A stretch of DNA of 64,000 bases from Candidatus Nomurabacteria bacterium RIFCSPHIGHO2_01_FULL_37_25 (GTDB lineage Bacteria; Patescibacteriota; Minisyncoccia; Phycocordibacterales; UBA9973), in contig MFTH01000016.1 of assembly GCA_001786765.1 (NCBI GenBank), forward strand, positions 21,666-85,665, written 5' to 3'. Each line of letters opens with the position of its first letter. Within the stretch, counting starts at the first letter, position 1. A program made the position numbers and the translations under genes. The notes under the pieces were generated by a model that had not been told where the DNA came from, did no database searches, and saw nothing but the letters and a program-made list of their open reading frames with translations. Positions 7,823-15,384 of the stretch are shown one piece after another.

Positions 7823-8848
7823 CTATCTTGCGTGTATATAAAGATATATATCCTCGAGAGCGCGGACGGCGTCGCCAGCGGCGATGTTGTTTTGATGATA
7901 TAGGACATTAGTGCAGTCTCCTGCCGCCCAGATACCGGGAATTTCTGTTTTTTGGGACCAAGCGTCAATTTTGATTCTTCCATATTCATCAAGTGGCACA
8001 AGGCTTTTAGCAAAATCAGTGTTTGGGATTTGTCCGATTTCCACAAAAATACCAGAGACTTTTAATTCTTTCTCTCCGCCTGCTTCCGACTCGGGAGGGC
8101 GAGCAGGTTTATAAATTATTCCTTCTACAAATTTATCGCCTTGCACTTCTAAGATTTCAATATTTTTTATTAATTTCATTTTTGGATTTTTCAAAACTTT
8201 TTCCACCGTTATTTCATCTGCGCGAAGAGTGTTGCTACGATTGAGAAGAGTTACAGATTTGCAATATGCCAGAAGTTGCGCGGCTGTTTCAAAGCCGGCA
8301 TTGCCTCCGCCGATTACAGCTACATCCATTTCCGAAAAAAGAGGTCCATCGCAAGAAGCGCAATAGGTGAGACCTTTGTGTTCAAGTTTGTCTGCATTTT
8401 TAGCAACAAGCTTCCTGCGTCCGCTTCCGCTCGTTATTAAAATTGTTTTAGTTAAAAACTCTTCACCTGATTCTATTTTGACAGAAAAATTCCCATCCTT
8501 TTTTTCTTTGGTGGAGGCGTTGCCTCCGCCATTTGACGGAAGCAAGGCTTCCGTAATGCTGATTACTTTTTCCCCTTCTTTTACTAGCAGGGTAGAACCT
8601 AAGTTTTCAGACTCTTTTATATTTTCCGTGCCTATGGCATTCGCCATTACATGTTTTTTTAAATTTTCCGCTAATTCATTACCAGAGATCAAGGTGGTGC
8701 CTATCCAATTGTAAATCTGTTCAGATACGATAGATTGTCCGCCCCATTCGGTGGTGATAAGAATAGTTCGGAGTCTTTTTCTAGAAGCATACACAGCCGC
8801 CGCCGTGCCCGCTGGCCCGCCTCCAATTATTATTAAGTCGTATGTCAT
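7823..8848 (-). CDS. trxB: thioredoxin-disulfide reductase with ~20-aa in-frame insertion
   Basis: MTYDLIIIGGGPAGTAAAVYA, CASC redox motif, AVIGGGNAG. The ORF track starts at GTG 8863. The ATG at 8848 gives the canonical N-terminus. Confidence 0.85.
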   Translation of the reverse strand: MTYDLIIIGGGPAGTAAAVYASRKRLRTILITTEWGGQSIVSEQIYNWIGTTLISGNELAENLKKHVMANAIGTENIKESENLGSTLLVKEGEKVISITEALLPSNGGGNASTKEKKDGNFSVKIESGEEFLTKTILITSGSGRRKLVAKNADKLEHKGLTYCASCDGPLFSEMDVAVIGGGNAGFETAAQLLAYCKSVTLLNRSNTLRADEITVEKVLKNPKMKLIKNIEILEVQGDKFVEGIIYKPARPPESEAGGEKELKVSGIFVEIGQIPNTDFAKSLVPLDEYGRIKIDAWSQKTEIPGIWAAGDCTNVLYHQNNIAAGDAVRALEDIYLYIHAR

Positions 8849-8878
8849 AATTTCATTATACACTATACATGGAATTTT

Positions 8879-8974
8879 AAAAATGTACTTTTGCAGGGGT
8901 TTCGAGGCTGTCGAGCCGAGAACTTCAGGATTTTTTAAGCTTCAAAAAATCCGTACCGGAAAAAGTACATTTTT
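8879..8974. repeat. family-1 structured repeat, copy C (core 8896-8958, forward). It fills the ftsZ-stop / trxB-start spacer.
   Basis: AAAAATGTACTTTT-gc-GGGGTTTCGAGGCTGTCGAGCCGAGAACTTCAGGATTTTTTAAGCTTCAAAAAATCCGTACCG-g-AAAAAGTACATTTTT. Confidence 0.85.
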
Positions 8975-8992
8975 AAAATTCTAGCCTGCTTT

Positions 8993-10183
8993 TTATTTCT
9001 TGCGTCTCAAAAATGCTGGAACAGCGCTCCAGTCATCACCATCATCTTCTATGATGATATCTTTTATAGGTTCTATTTTTTTGTCTGTTTTATTTATGAA
9101 ACTAACATTAACATTCCCATTTTTTATAGTGTTATTTATTTCTTTTTTTGCCAAAACCACATTCTCTTCTTTAAGTAGTATTTGATTAGAAGTTCCTGAT
9201 CCGCTAAAGAGATTTTGACGAGGAGCATCAGCAGGGAAGTTGGTAGCGATAACTGTAACTTTCAATTCACCCTTTTTCAATTTTTCATCACGAATTGTAC
9301 CGAAGATTACCTTCGCGTCTTTGTCGATTGACTCTGTGATTATTTTGGCCGCTTCTTGGATTTCATGAATAGCTAGGTCGTCTCCGCCAGAAATCGCAAA
9401 GAGCACGCCTTTAGCTCCGTGGATTGAAACTTCAAGGAGCGGAGAGTTAATAGCGGCTACAGCGGCTTTTTCAGCTCTTTTTTCACCTGAAGCGGTACCG
9501 ATACCCATAAGCGCGCTGCCAGCATCTTTCATTACAGCTTTAATATCCGCGAAATCAACATTGATGATGCCAGGAGTCGTGATAAGGTCTGAAATACCTT
9601 CCACAGCTTGGCGCAGAACATTGTCGCAATTAGCAAAAGCATCTTTAAAATTGGTATTTTTATCAGACAACTGAAGCAACTTATCATTTGGAATAACAAT
9701 AATCGCGTCCACTTCTTTAGATAATTCTTCGATGCCTTTTTCGGCCATTTTCATTCTGTGAGTTCCTTCAAAGAAAAAAGGTTTGGTGACGACAGCAACA
9801 GTGAGTATGCCTTGTTCTCTAGTCGCGCGAGCCACGATCGGAGCCGCGCCTGTGCCCGTGCCTCCACCCATTCCACAAGCAATAAAAACCATATCTGCCC
9901 CCTTGATAACATCTTGGATTTCAGATTTTGTTTCTTCAGCCGCTTTTTTCCCAACTTCTGGGTCCATGCCAGCGCCTAGACCTTTTGTAAGATTTTTCCC
10001 TATGTGAATTTTTTTCTCAGCCAGAGAATGATGCAGGTCTTGCGTGTCAGTATTCATACAGATAAAAGAGACTCCCTTGACCTTAGAATTTATCATATGG
10101 TTGATAGTGTTTTTACCTGATCCTCCTATTCCGACAACCATAATCCGAGCGAAACTCTCTATTTCTTGATTTATTTTTGGCAT
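8993..10183 (-). CDS. ftsZ: cell division GTPase FtsZ
   Basis: GGGTGTGAAPIVA tubulin signature. 396 aa. Confidence 0.95.
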   Translation of the reverse strand: MPKINQEIESFARIMVVGIGGSGKNTINHMINSKVKGVSFICMNTDTQDLHHSLAEKKIHIGKNLTKGLGAGMDPEVGKKAAEETKSEIQDVIKGADMVFIACGMGGGTGTGAAPIVARATREQGILTVAVVTKPFFFEGTHRMKMAEKGIEELSKEVDAIIVIPNDKLLQLSDKNTNFKDAFANCDNVLRQAVEGISDLITTPGIINVDFADIKAVMKDAGSALMGIGTASGEKRAEKAAVAAINSPLLEVSIHGAKGVLFAISGGDDLAIHEIQEAAKIITESIDKDAKVIFGTIRDEKLKKGELKVTVIATNFPADAPRQNLFSGSGTSNQILLKEENVVLAKKEINNTIKNGNVNVSFINKTDKKIEPIKDIIIEDDGDDWSAVPAFLRRKK

Positions 10184-10200
10184 AATTTTTATTACATTAA

Positions 10201-10237
10201 TCCCGACCGTCTGTCGGGATCCCGACTATGGTCGGGA
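10201..10237. repeat. tandem CCCGAC/GTCGGG hairpin pair (ftsA-ftsZ spacer)
   Basis: TCCCGAC-cgtct-GTCGGGA then TCCCGAC-tatg-GTCGGGA. Confidence 0.8.
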
Positions 10238-10315
10238 CTTATATAAAAACATACTAGCATCAAAAGAAAAAAAAGCAAATTTTTTGTAAAAATCTAAAAA
10301 AAACTTTTGAGAAAG

Positions 10316-11479
10316 TTACGGCATTAGTTGTTTTATGCTTGACTTTATTGTGTTTTTTAGGTCTTTTAATAAACCTTTAAATGAACCTTCAGAATGATTG
10401 TCATTGTCTTTGCCTGACACTATTAAACCAAGAGGAATAAACCAAGCCGAGTCGCGAAGTTTTGTTTTTAGGTTGCCAAAAATTTGAGTTTTTCCAATAC
10501 TTGCTGGAAGTTTGAGTGTAGATTTTGAAAGCTCTTCAATTCCCGGGATATTCGCTCCACCGCCTGTAAATACGATACCTGCAGGCAGGAGTCCAGATCT
10601 TTTTATTTTCTTTAAATGATTTTCTATAAGTTCAAAAATATCAGATAGACGCGCTTCAATAATTTCATCTAGTTTCTTTTTTGAAAAATCTTCTTCAATA
10701 TCTCCTTGTTTAAAACTTTCCGCTTTTTCTAGAGAAATCTTGAATCCTAAAGCGATATCATTTGTGATATCAGAAGAGCCGATAGAAAAGGTATGAATTG
10801 ATATTGGTAATCCATTTTCAAAAACAGAAAGTGATGTTGTCTGGCATCCTATATCCACTAAAGCCACTCCCATTATTTTTTGTTTTTCAGATAATATAAT
10901 TTGGCTAAGAGCAATAGGGGAAGCAATTATATCAATAGTTTCTACTCCTGCTTTTTCTATTACGGTAATTAAGTCTTCTAGATGTTGCATAGAATAAGTA
11001 ACAACCAAAGCTTTTATTTCAAGTTTAGTTCCACGCATACCTTCTAATCTACCTAGAACTTCTTTCCCATCTAAACGATAAGAAATAGGAAAACTCTGAA
11101 TAATTTTTTTATTATTTAGATTTACATTATCTTCACAGTCTTGCAGAGCTTTGTTTATATCTAAATTAGTTACCTCATCATCAGCTTTGGAAATAATCGT
11201 TGAGCCGATACTTGTCTCTCCCCGCAAACTTACACCACCGATTGAAATAAATGCGCGTTTTATTTTTATACCCGAAGATTTTTCAGCTATTAGGACAGCA
11301 TTTTTTACTGAGATTATTGCAAGCTGGGAATCAACAACATATCCGTGTCGCACACCTAAACTTTCAGCTTCGCCACCGCCAATAATTCTAGGATTTTTTT
11401 CTCCTTTTAAAAATTCTCCCACCACGACTCTCGTCATTGAGGAGCCTAGGTCTATTCCCACTAAAATATTTCTCATCAT
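10316..11479 (-). CDS. ftsA: cell division protein FtsA
   Basis: MMRNILVGIDLGSSMTRVVVGE, actin-like ATPase fold. It lies upstream of ftsZ. Confidence 0.9.
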   Translation of the reverse strand: MMRNILVGIDLGSSMTRVVVGEFLKGEKNPRIIGGGEAESLGVRHGYVVDSQLAIISVKNAVLIAEKSSGIKIKRAFISIGGVSLRGETSIGSTIISKADDEVTNLDINKALQDCEDNVNLNNKKIIQSFPISYRLDGKEVLGRLEGMRGTKLEIKALVVTYSMQHLEDLITVIEKAGVETIDIIASPIALSQIILSEKQKIMGVALVDIGCQTTSLSVFENGLPISIHTFSIGSSDITNDIALGFKISLEKAESFKQGDIEEDFSKKKLDEIIEARLSDIFELIENHLKKIKRSGLLPAGIVFTGGGANIPGIEELSKSTLKLPASIGKTQIFGNLKTKLRDSAWFIPLGLIVSGKDNDNHSEGSFKGLLKDLKNTIKSSIKQLMP

Positions 11480-11840
11480 ATTTTCTTTCCGCTTTTTCCA
11501 TTGTACTACTATGTGTCATTCCTTTCAAATGAAGCATTCCGTGGATAACTAAAAACCCCAAGAATTGATCAAAGGTTTTAGAAAAATCTTTTGCTTCTCT
11601 CTTTACAACAGTCGGACACAGAATAAGCTCTCCCTCGTTCTCGCGTAAAGAAAAAGAAAGGATGTTGGTCGCTCTATCTTTCTTTCGATATTTTTTATTT
11701 ATTTCTTTAGATTTATTTTCGGCAACATAAGCTATGGATAGAGAATACTTTTTACCTAAAATATCGTTTTTTATTTTCAAAAACGGCAAAGGGGGGAGCT
11801 TGCTTTTTGTTTTGTTTATTATGGAGAAATTTTCTTCCAT
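11388..11840 (-). CDS. ybeY: rRNA maturation endoribonuclease YbeY
   Basis: HGMLHLKGMTH zinc motif. The 3' end overlaps ftsA by ~90 nt, so the C-terminus is uncertain. Confidence 0.7.
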   Translation of the reverse strand: MEENFSIINKTKSKLPPLPFLKIKNDILGKKYSLSIAYVAENKSKEINKKYRKKDRATNILSFSLRENEGELILCPTVVKREAKDFSKTFDQFLGFLVIHGMLHLKGMTHSSTMEKAERKYDEKYFSGNRPRLLNDESRGGRIFKRRKKS

Positions 11841-11842
11841 AA

Positions 11843-12082
11843 TTATTTAGTTGCCATCTTGCCAAGTTTTTTGAGTTTCTCTATTTCTTTTCTGCGAGCC
11901 ATCCTTTTAAGAGCGCTCTTTTTTACTTTGAGTTTGGATTCTTTTCGGACATTATAACGAGAGCCTTTCACTTTGCGGATTATGCCTGATTCTTGAATTT
12001 TACGCGAAAAACGACGCAAAATGCTTGAATTATTTTCATTTGGATTTTTCTTGACCTGTATTACAGTCTTTGCCATATACAA
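11843..12082 (-). CDS. rpsU: ribosomal protein bS21
   Basis: IQVKKNPNENNSSILRRFSRKIQESGIIRKVK...KKSALKRMARRK. Confidence 0.8.
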   Translation of the reverse strand: MYMAKTVIQVKKNPNENNSSILRRFSRKIQESGIIRKVKGSRYNVRKESKLKVKKSALKRMARRKEIEKLKKLGKMATK

Positions 12083-12135
12083 AAGACTAGCATATAATTG
12101 ACTCTTTTGTCAAAAAAAGATAACATTCATAGATT

Positions 12136-12618
12136 ATGAATCAAGTAGTTAATTATATAACTGAAGAAAAAAGAAAAGAGCTGAAAGTTGAACTAGAAGA
12201 ATTAAAAGGACCTAAAAGAAAAGAAATTTTAGCTGCTTTGAAGTATGCTAAATCATTAGGCGACTTATCAGAGAATGCGGAATATCATCAAACTCGTGAA
12301 GACCAAGGCAAGCTTGAAGAACGTATTGTCAAGATAGAACAAATTTTACAGTCTTCGCAAAATTTTTCTAGACGTGGAGGAGATGTTGTTGAAGTAGGCT
12401 CTAAAGTAATTGTGCAAAAGCTTGGAACGCAAACCAAAAATGTCGGCGAAGATATAATCTATACTATAGTAGGATCTGAAGAGGCAGATATGACAAAGGG
12501 TAAAATCTCTCATAGGTCTCCTTTTGGAGAAGCGCTTTTTGGCAAAAAGAAAGGCGAAAATATTTCATTTAAGACTCCAGGCGGGGTAGTTAATTATAAA
12601 ATAATAAATGTAAGTTAA
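12136..12618 (+). CDS. greA: transcription elongation factor GreA
   Basis: GDLSENAEYHQTREDQ coiled-coil motif plus a C-terminal FKBP-like domain. Confidence 0.85.
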   Translation: MNQVVNYITEEKRKELKVELEELKGPKRKEILAALKYAKSLGDLSENAEYHQTREDQGKLEERIVKIEQILQSSQNFSRRGGDVVEVGSKVIVQKLGTQTKNVGEDIIYTIVGSEEADMTKGKISHRSPFGEALFGKKKGENISFKTPGGVVNYKIINVS

Positions 12619-12655
12619 CCCGCCTTTGTTAGAGCTTTGGCGAGGAAAATAAAAT

Positions 12656-14119
12656 ATGTCTTCAATTGATGAAATTAGAGATATTAGAATAAAAAAACTT
12701 GAGCTCTTAAAGAGTAGAGGTTTGAACCCGTATCCAGCGGAGTCAAACAGAGAGATTTCTTTGAAAGAGGCTATAGAGAATTTTGATAATCTAGAAAAAA
12801 CAAAAGATATGAAATGGATAGCAGGACGAGTTATGTCTATCCGCGGGCAAGGCGCGATTGTTTTTATAACACTAAATGACGGCACCGCTTCTTTTCAGGG
12901 TTTGTTTAAAAAAGATATTCTGGGTGATGATAAATTTAGTTTTTTTAACGAAGTAGTTGATATTGGTGATTTTATAGAAATCAAAGGAAGTTTTTTTGCA
13001 ACCCAAAGAAAAGAGAAAACACTAGAAGTCAAAGATTGGCGTATGCTCTCTAAAAGTTTGCGACCACTGCCAGAAAAGTGGCATGGACTCGTAGATGTGG
13101 AGGAAAGATTTAGAAAAAGGTATCTAGATATTTTAATGAATCCTGAATTAAAAGAACTTTTTGAAAAGAAGGCGAAGTTTTGGGAGGCGACTCGTAATTT
13201 TTTGAAAAAAGAAAATTTCCTAGAAGTTGAAACACCAACGCTTGAAATCACGACCGGTGGAGCAGAAGCCCGACCATTTAAAACTCATCATAATGATTTT
13301 GATATAGATGTTTATATGAGAATATCGGTGGGTGAGCTCTGGCAAAAGAGATTACTCGCGGCTGGTTTTCCTAGAGTTTTTGAAATTGGTAGAGTTTATA
13401 GAAACGAGGGATCAAGTCCGGAACATACCCAAGAATTTACCAGTATGGAATTTTACGCAGGGTATATGGATTACAAACAGGGAATTGAATTTACAGAAAA
13501 AATGATTAAAGAAGTTGTCATGGAAAGTTTTGGCACACTTGTTTTTGAAATACATGGACACAAAATTGATTTATCTAAAAAATGGGAACATATTCTTTAT
13601 GTTGATACAATAAAAGAAAACTCAGGTATTGATGTGCTATCGGTTACAGAAAAAGAAATGATGAAAAAACTAGATGAGCTTGGAGTGAAATATGAAGGCA
13701 CAAATAAAGAGCGTTTGACTGACTCGCTCTGGAAATATTGCCGAAAGCAAATAAAAGGACCGGTGTGGCTTATTGATGTGCCAAAACTTGTTTCTCCACT
13801 TTCAAAAATAAAACCAGAAAACCCACTACTCACTGAACGCGCGCAGCTCATCTTGGCGGGAGCGGAAATGACTAATGGATTTTCAGAATTAAATGATCCG
13901 ATAGATCAGAAGGAACGTTTTGAAGTGCAAAAGAAATTAATTGAAGGGGGAGATAAAGAAGCAATGATGCCAGATGATGAATTTGTGGAAATGTTGGAAC
14001 ACGGCATGCCTCCAGCTTTTGGTTTCGCTTATGGGGAGAGACTCTTTGCTTTTTTGGTAGATAAACCGCTCCGCGAGACGCAATTTTTTCCATTAATGAG
14101 ACCTTTAAATAAAGATTAA
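12656..14119 (+). CDS. lysS: lysyl-tRNA synthetase (class II)
   Basis: 487 aa. N-terminal OB fold. Class II motifs FRNEGSSPEHTQEFT..., GGAEARPF. Confidence 0.9.
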   Translation: MSSIDEIRDIRIKKLELLKSRGLNPYPAESNREISLKEAIENFDNLEKTKDMKWIAGRVMSIRGQGAIVFITLNDGTASFQGLFKKDILGDDKFSFFNEVVDIGDFIEIKGSFFATQRKEKTLEVKDWRMLSKSLRPLPEKWHGLVDVEERFRKRYLDILMNPELKELFEKKAKFWEATRNFLKKENFLEVETPTLEITTGGAEARPFKTHHNDFDIDVYMRISVGELWQKRLLAAGFPRVFEIGRVYRNEGSSPEHTQEFTSMEFYAGYMDYKQGIEFTEKMIKEVVMESFGTLVFEIHGHKIDLSKKWEHILYVDTIKENSGIDVLSVTEKEMMKKLDELGVKYEGTNKERLTDSLWKYCRKQIKGPVWLIDVPKLVSPLSKIKPENPLLTERAQLILAGAEMTNGFSELNDPIDQKERFEVQKKLIEGGDKEAMMPDDEFVEMLEHGMPPAFGFAYGERLFAFLVDKPLRETQFFPLMRPLNKD

Positions 14120-14202
14120 AAATATCTCATAAATAAAAAACTCAGGTAGTCATAGACTTCCTGAGCTGCTTTCGTCATCTTATATTAGATGACGAAATAA
14201 AT

Positions 14203-14279
14203 GGAGGGGGCACCCTACAACCTAGAGAAGGGGAATCTCTAGGTTTTTCCGTGGGAAATACGGTGCAGGGTACCCTCCC
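14203..14279 (+). ncRNA. candidate small structured RNA / structured leader (unknown class)
   Basis: Long-range helix GGAGGGGGCACCCT (14203-14216) / AGGGTACCCTCCC (14267-14279). It encloses hairpins CCTAGAG-aaggggaat-CTCTAGG (14221-14243) and CCGT-gggaaat-ACGG (14249-14263). It is preceded by hairpins at 14141-14165 and 14173-14194. Confidence 0.3.
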
Positions 14280-14306
14280 ACTTTCGATACTACAAAATCC
14301 AAACAA

Positions 14307-14331
14307 AAAGTAAAGAAAGTTGTCCACAGTT
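14307..14331 (+). repeat. 25-nt direct repeat copy 1 containing a DnaA-box-like 9-mer TTGTCCACA (second copy 14678-14702 with perfect TTATCCACA)
   Basis: AAAGTAAAGAAAGTTGTCCACAGTT versus AAAGTAAAGAAAGTTATCCACAGTT. The two copies are bracketed by inverted AATCCAAAC (14296-14304) and GTTTGGATT (14700-14708). Confidence 0.7.
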
Positions 14332-14745
14332 ATATTTTTAAAAATAAAAAATTCCCAAAAGGGAACCCTTCGGGAATTAGTGGTTTTATTTTAAAAAACC
14401 ACCGATTTTTGTTAGAGGCACCCAGAAGCCCGTTTAGGACAATTCCTAAACGGCGTGGTGCCTTGGATGCCTCTAATTTTTTTAATATACATAAAAATTA
14501 AAAAATCTCAAGCGCTTGTGGGCAACTCGAGACTTTCTCGTGACGTCGTAAACGACGCCGATTTTTTGCCGATAATCAAGTTCCTCCGCATCCCCCTTCA
14601 TCCAATCTTTCGATCAAATGAAGGGGGCGACTGAGGTAGTTGTGGTCGGCAAAGGAAGTATAAAACTAATAAATATAAAAGTAAAGAAAGTTATCCACAG
14701 TTTGGATTTGGTATTATTTTGTCTATGGAATACAATATATATCAG

Positions 14746-14767
14746 GTGGGAAAAAGTGGGAAAAGTG
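14746..14767 (+). promoter_or_regulatory. GTGGG direct repeats resembling MraZ-binding repeats in the mraZ promoter
   Basis: GTGGGaaaaaGTGGGaaaaGTG. Three 5-nt-spaced repeats lie ~70 nt upstream of mraZ, as described for MraZ autoregulation in other bacteria. Confidence 0.45.
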
Positions 14768-14779
14768 TTAATAAAGTAA

Positions 14780-14820
14780 TCCCGACGTAAAGTCGGGACC
14801 CCGACCTAAAAGCGTCGGGG
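14780..14820. repeat. tandem CCCGAC/GTCGGG hairpin pair upstream of mraZ
   Basis: TCCCGAC-gtaaa-GTCGGGA then CCCCGAC-ctaaaagc-GTCGGGG. Confidence 0.8.
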
Positions 14821-14834
14821 TTTAGAAAAAAAAT

Positions 14835-15272
14835 ATGCTTATCGGAGAATATATACATACGATTGATGAAAAAAACAGAGTTTCAATACCGGTAAAGTTT
14901 CGCAAAGAGCTCGGTAAGAAAATTATTATCACACCTGGACTTGGTCAATGTTTGTTCATTTTTACAATTAAAGAATGGGAAAAGGTAAGCAAGAAACTTT
15001 CTGATTCGGATTCTGATTTATCTTTTTTGAAAGCTGATCAAAGAAGTTTTAACAGATATATGTTTGGAAGAGCGGTGGAAATAGAGTTTGATTCGATCGG
15101 CCGAATATTAATTCCTGATTTTCTGAAAGATAGAATCGGACTTGCGAATTCCGCGGCAATTGTCGGAGTAAAAGACAGAGTGGAAGTATGGAGTGAGAAA
15201 GCATGGTCGGAGCAAAAAGAAATCGTGGAAAAGCAGGCGGAACAGTTGGCGGAGAAGTTGGGAAGTTCCTAA
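14835..15272 (+). CDS. mraZ: transcriptional regulator MraZ
   Basis: MLIGEYIHTIDEKNRVSIPVKFRKEL... A duplicated SpoVT/AbrB-like fold. First gene of the dcw block. Confidence 0.85.
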   Translation: MLIGEYIHTIDEKNRVSIPVKFRKELGKKIIITPGLGQCLFIFTIKEWEKVSKKLSDSDSDLSFLKADQRSFNRYMFGRAVEIEFDSIGRILIPDFLKDRIGLANSAAIVGVKDRVEVWSEKAWSEQKEIVEKQAEQLAEKLGSS

Positions 15273-15276
15273 AAAC

Positions 15277-15362
15277 ATAACTTTTTTCGGTACGAATTTT
15301 TCGAAGCTTGAAAAATTCTGAAGTTCTCGGCTCGTCAGCCTCGAAACCCCTGCAAAAGTTAT
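15277..15362. repeat. family-1 structured repeat, copy D (core 15288-15350, reverse)
   Basis: ATAACTTTT...CGGTACGAATTTTTCGAAGCTTGAAAAATTCTGAAGTTCTCGGCTCGTCAGCCTCGAAACCCC...AAAAGTTAT. Confidence 0.85.
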
Positions 15363-15384
15363 TTTTTAGAAACTTCAAAAATAT

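Noticed and set aside
7723-8984. ORF-track ORFs that run across family-1 repeat cores and share the peptide CRGFEA(V/D)EPRTSGFFKLQKIR (7723..8046 -, 8751..8984 +, 15049..15390 -, 45044..45226 -, 48401..48610 +, plus 5603..5797 - on the other strand)
   Set aside because: The shared segment is the repeat itself. Copies occur in both orientations and always in short intergenic spacers, and the sequence variation is compensatory at the nucleotide (stem) level. These are not a conserved protein gene family, although the stop-free frame is noted as a property of the element.
11388-11479. 92-nt overlap between ybeY 3' end and ftsA 5' end as a programmed frameshift or fusion
   Set aside because: The YbeY catalytic motifs end well before the overlap, and the overlapping tail is low-complexity. 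It is most likely a run-on of the ORF past the functional C-terminus, or a minor start ambiguity for ftsA. There is no slippery-site evidence.
14307-14702. Calling the two DnaA-box-bearing 25-nt repeats an origin of replication (oriC) feature
   Set aside because: Only two boxes, no dnaA/dnaN nearby, and the location is in the mraZ promoter region. It is kept as a hypothesis in the findings rather than annotated.
14120-14834. tmRNA, SRP RNA or 6S RNA in the lysS-mraZ spacer
   Set aside because: No GGTTCGA-type T-loop/acceptor pairing for tmRNA. No AGGUCAGGUCCGGAAGGAAGCAGC-like SRP domain IV. A 6S central-bubble structure cannot be verified by eye. It is left as an unclassified structured region.
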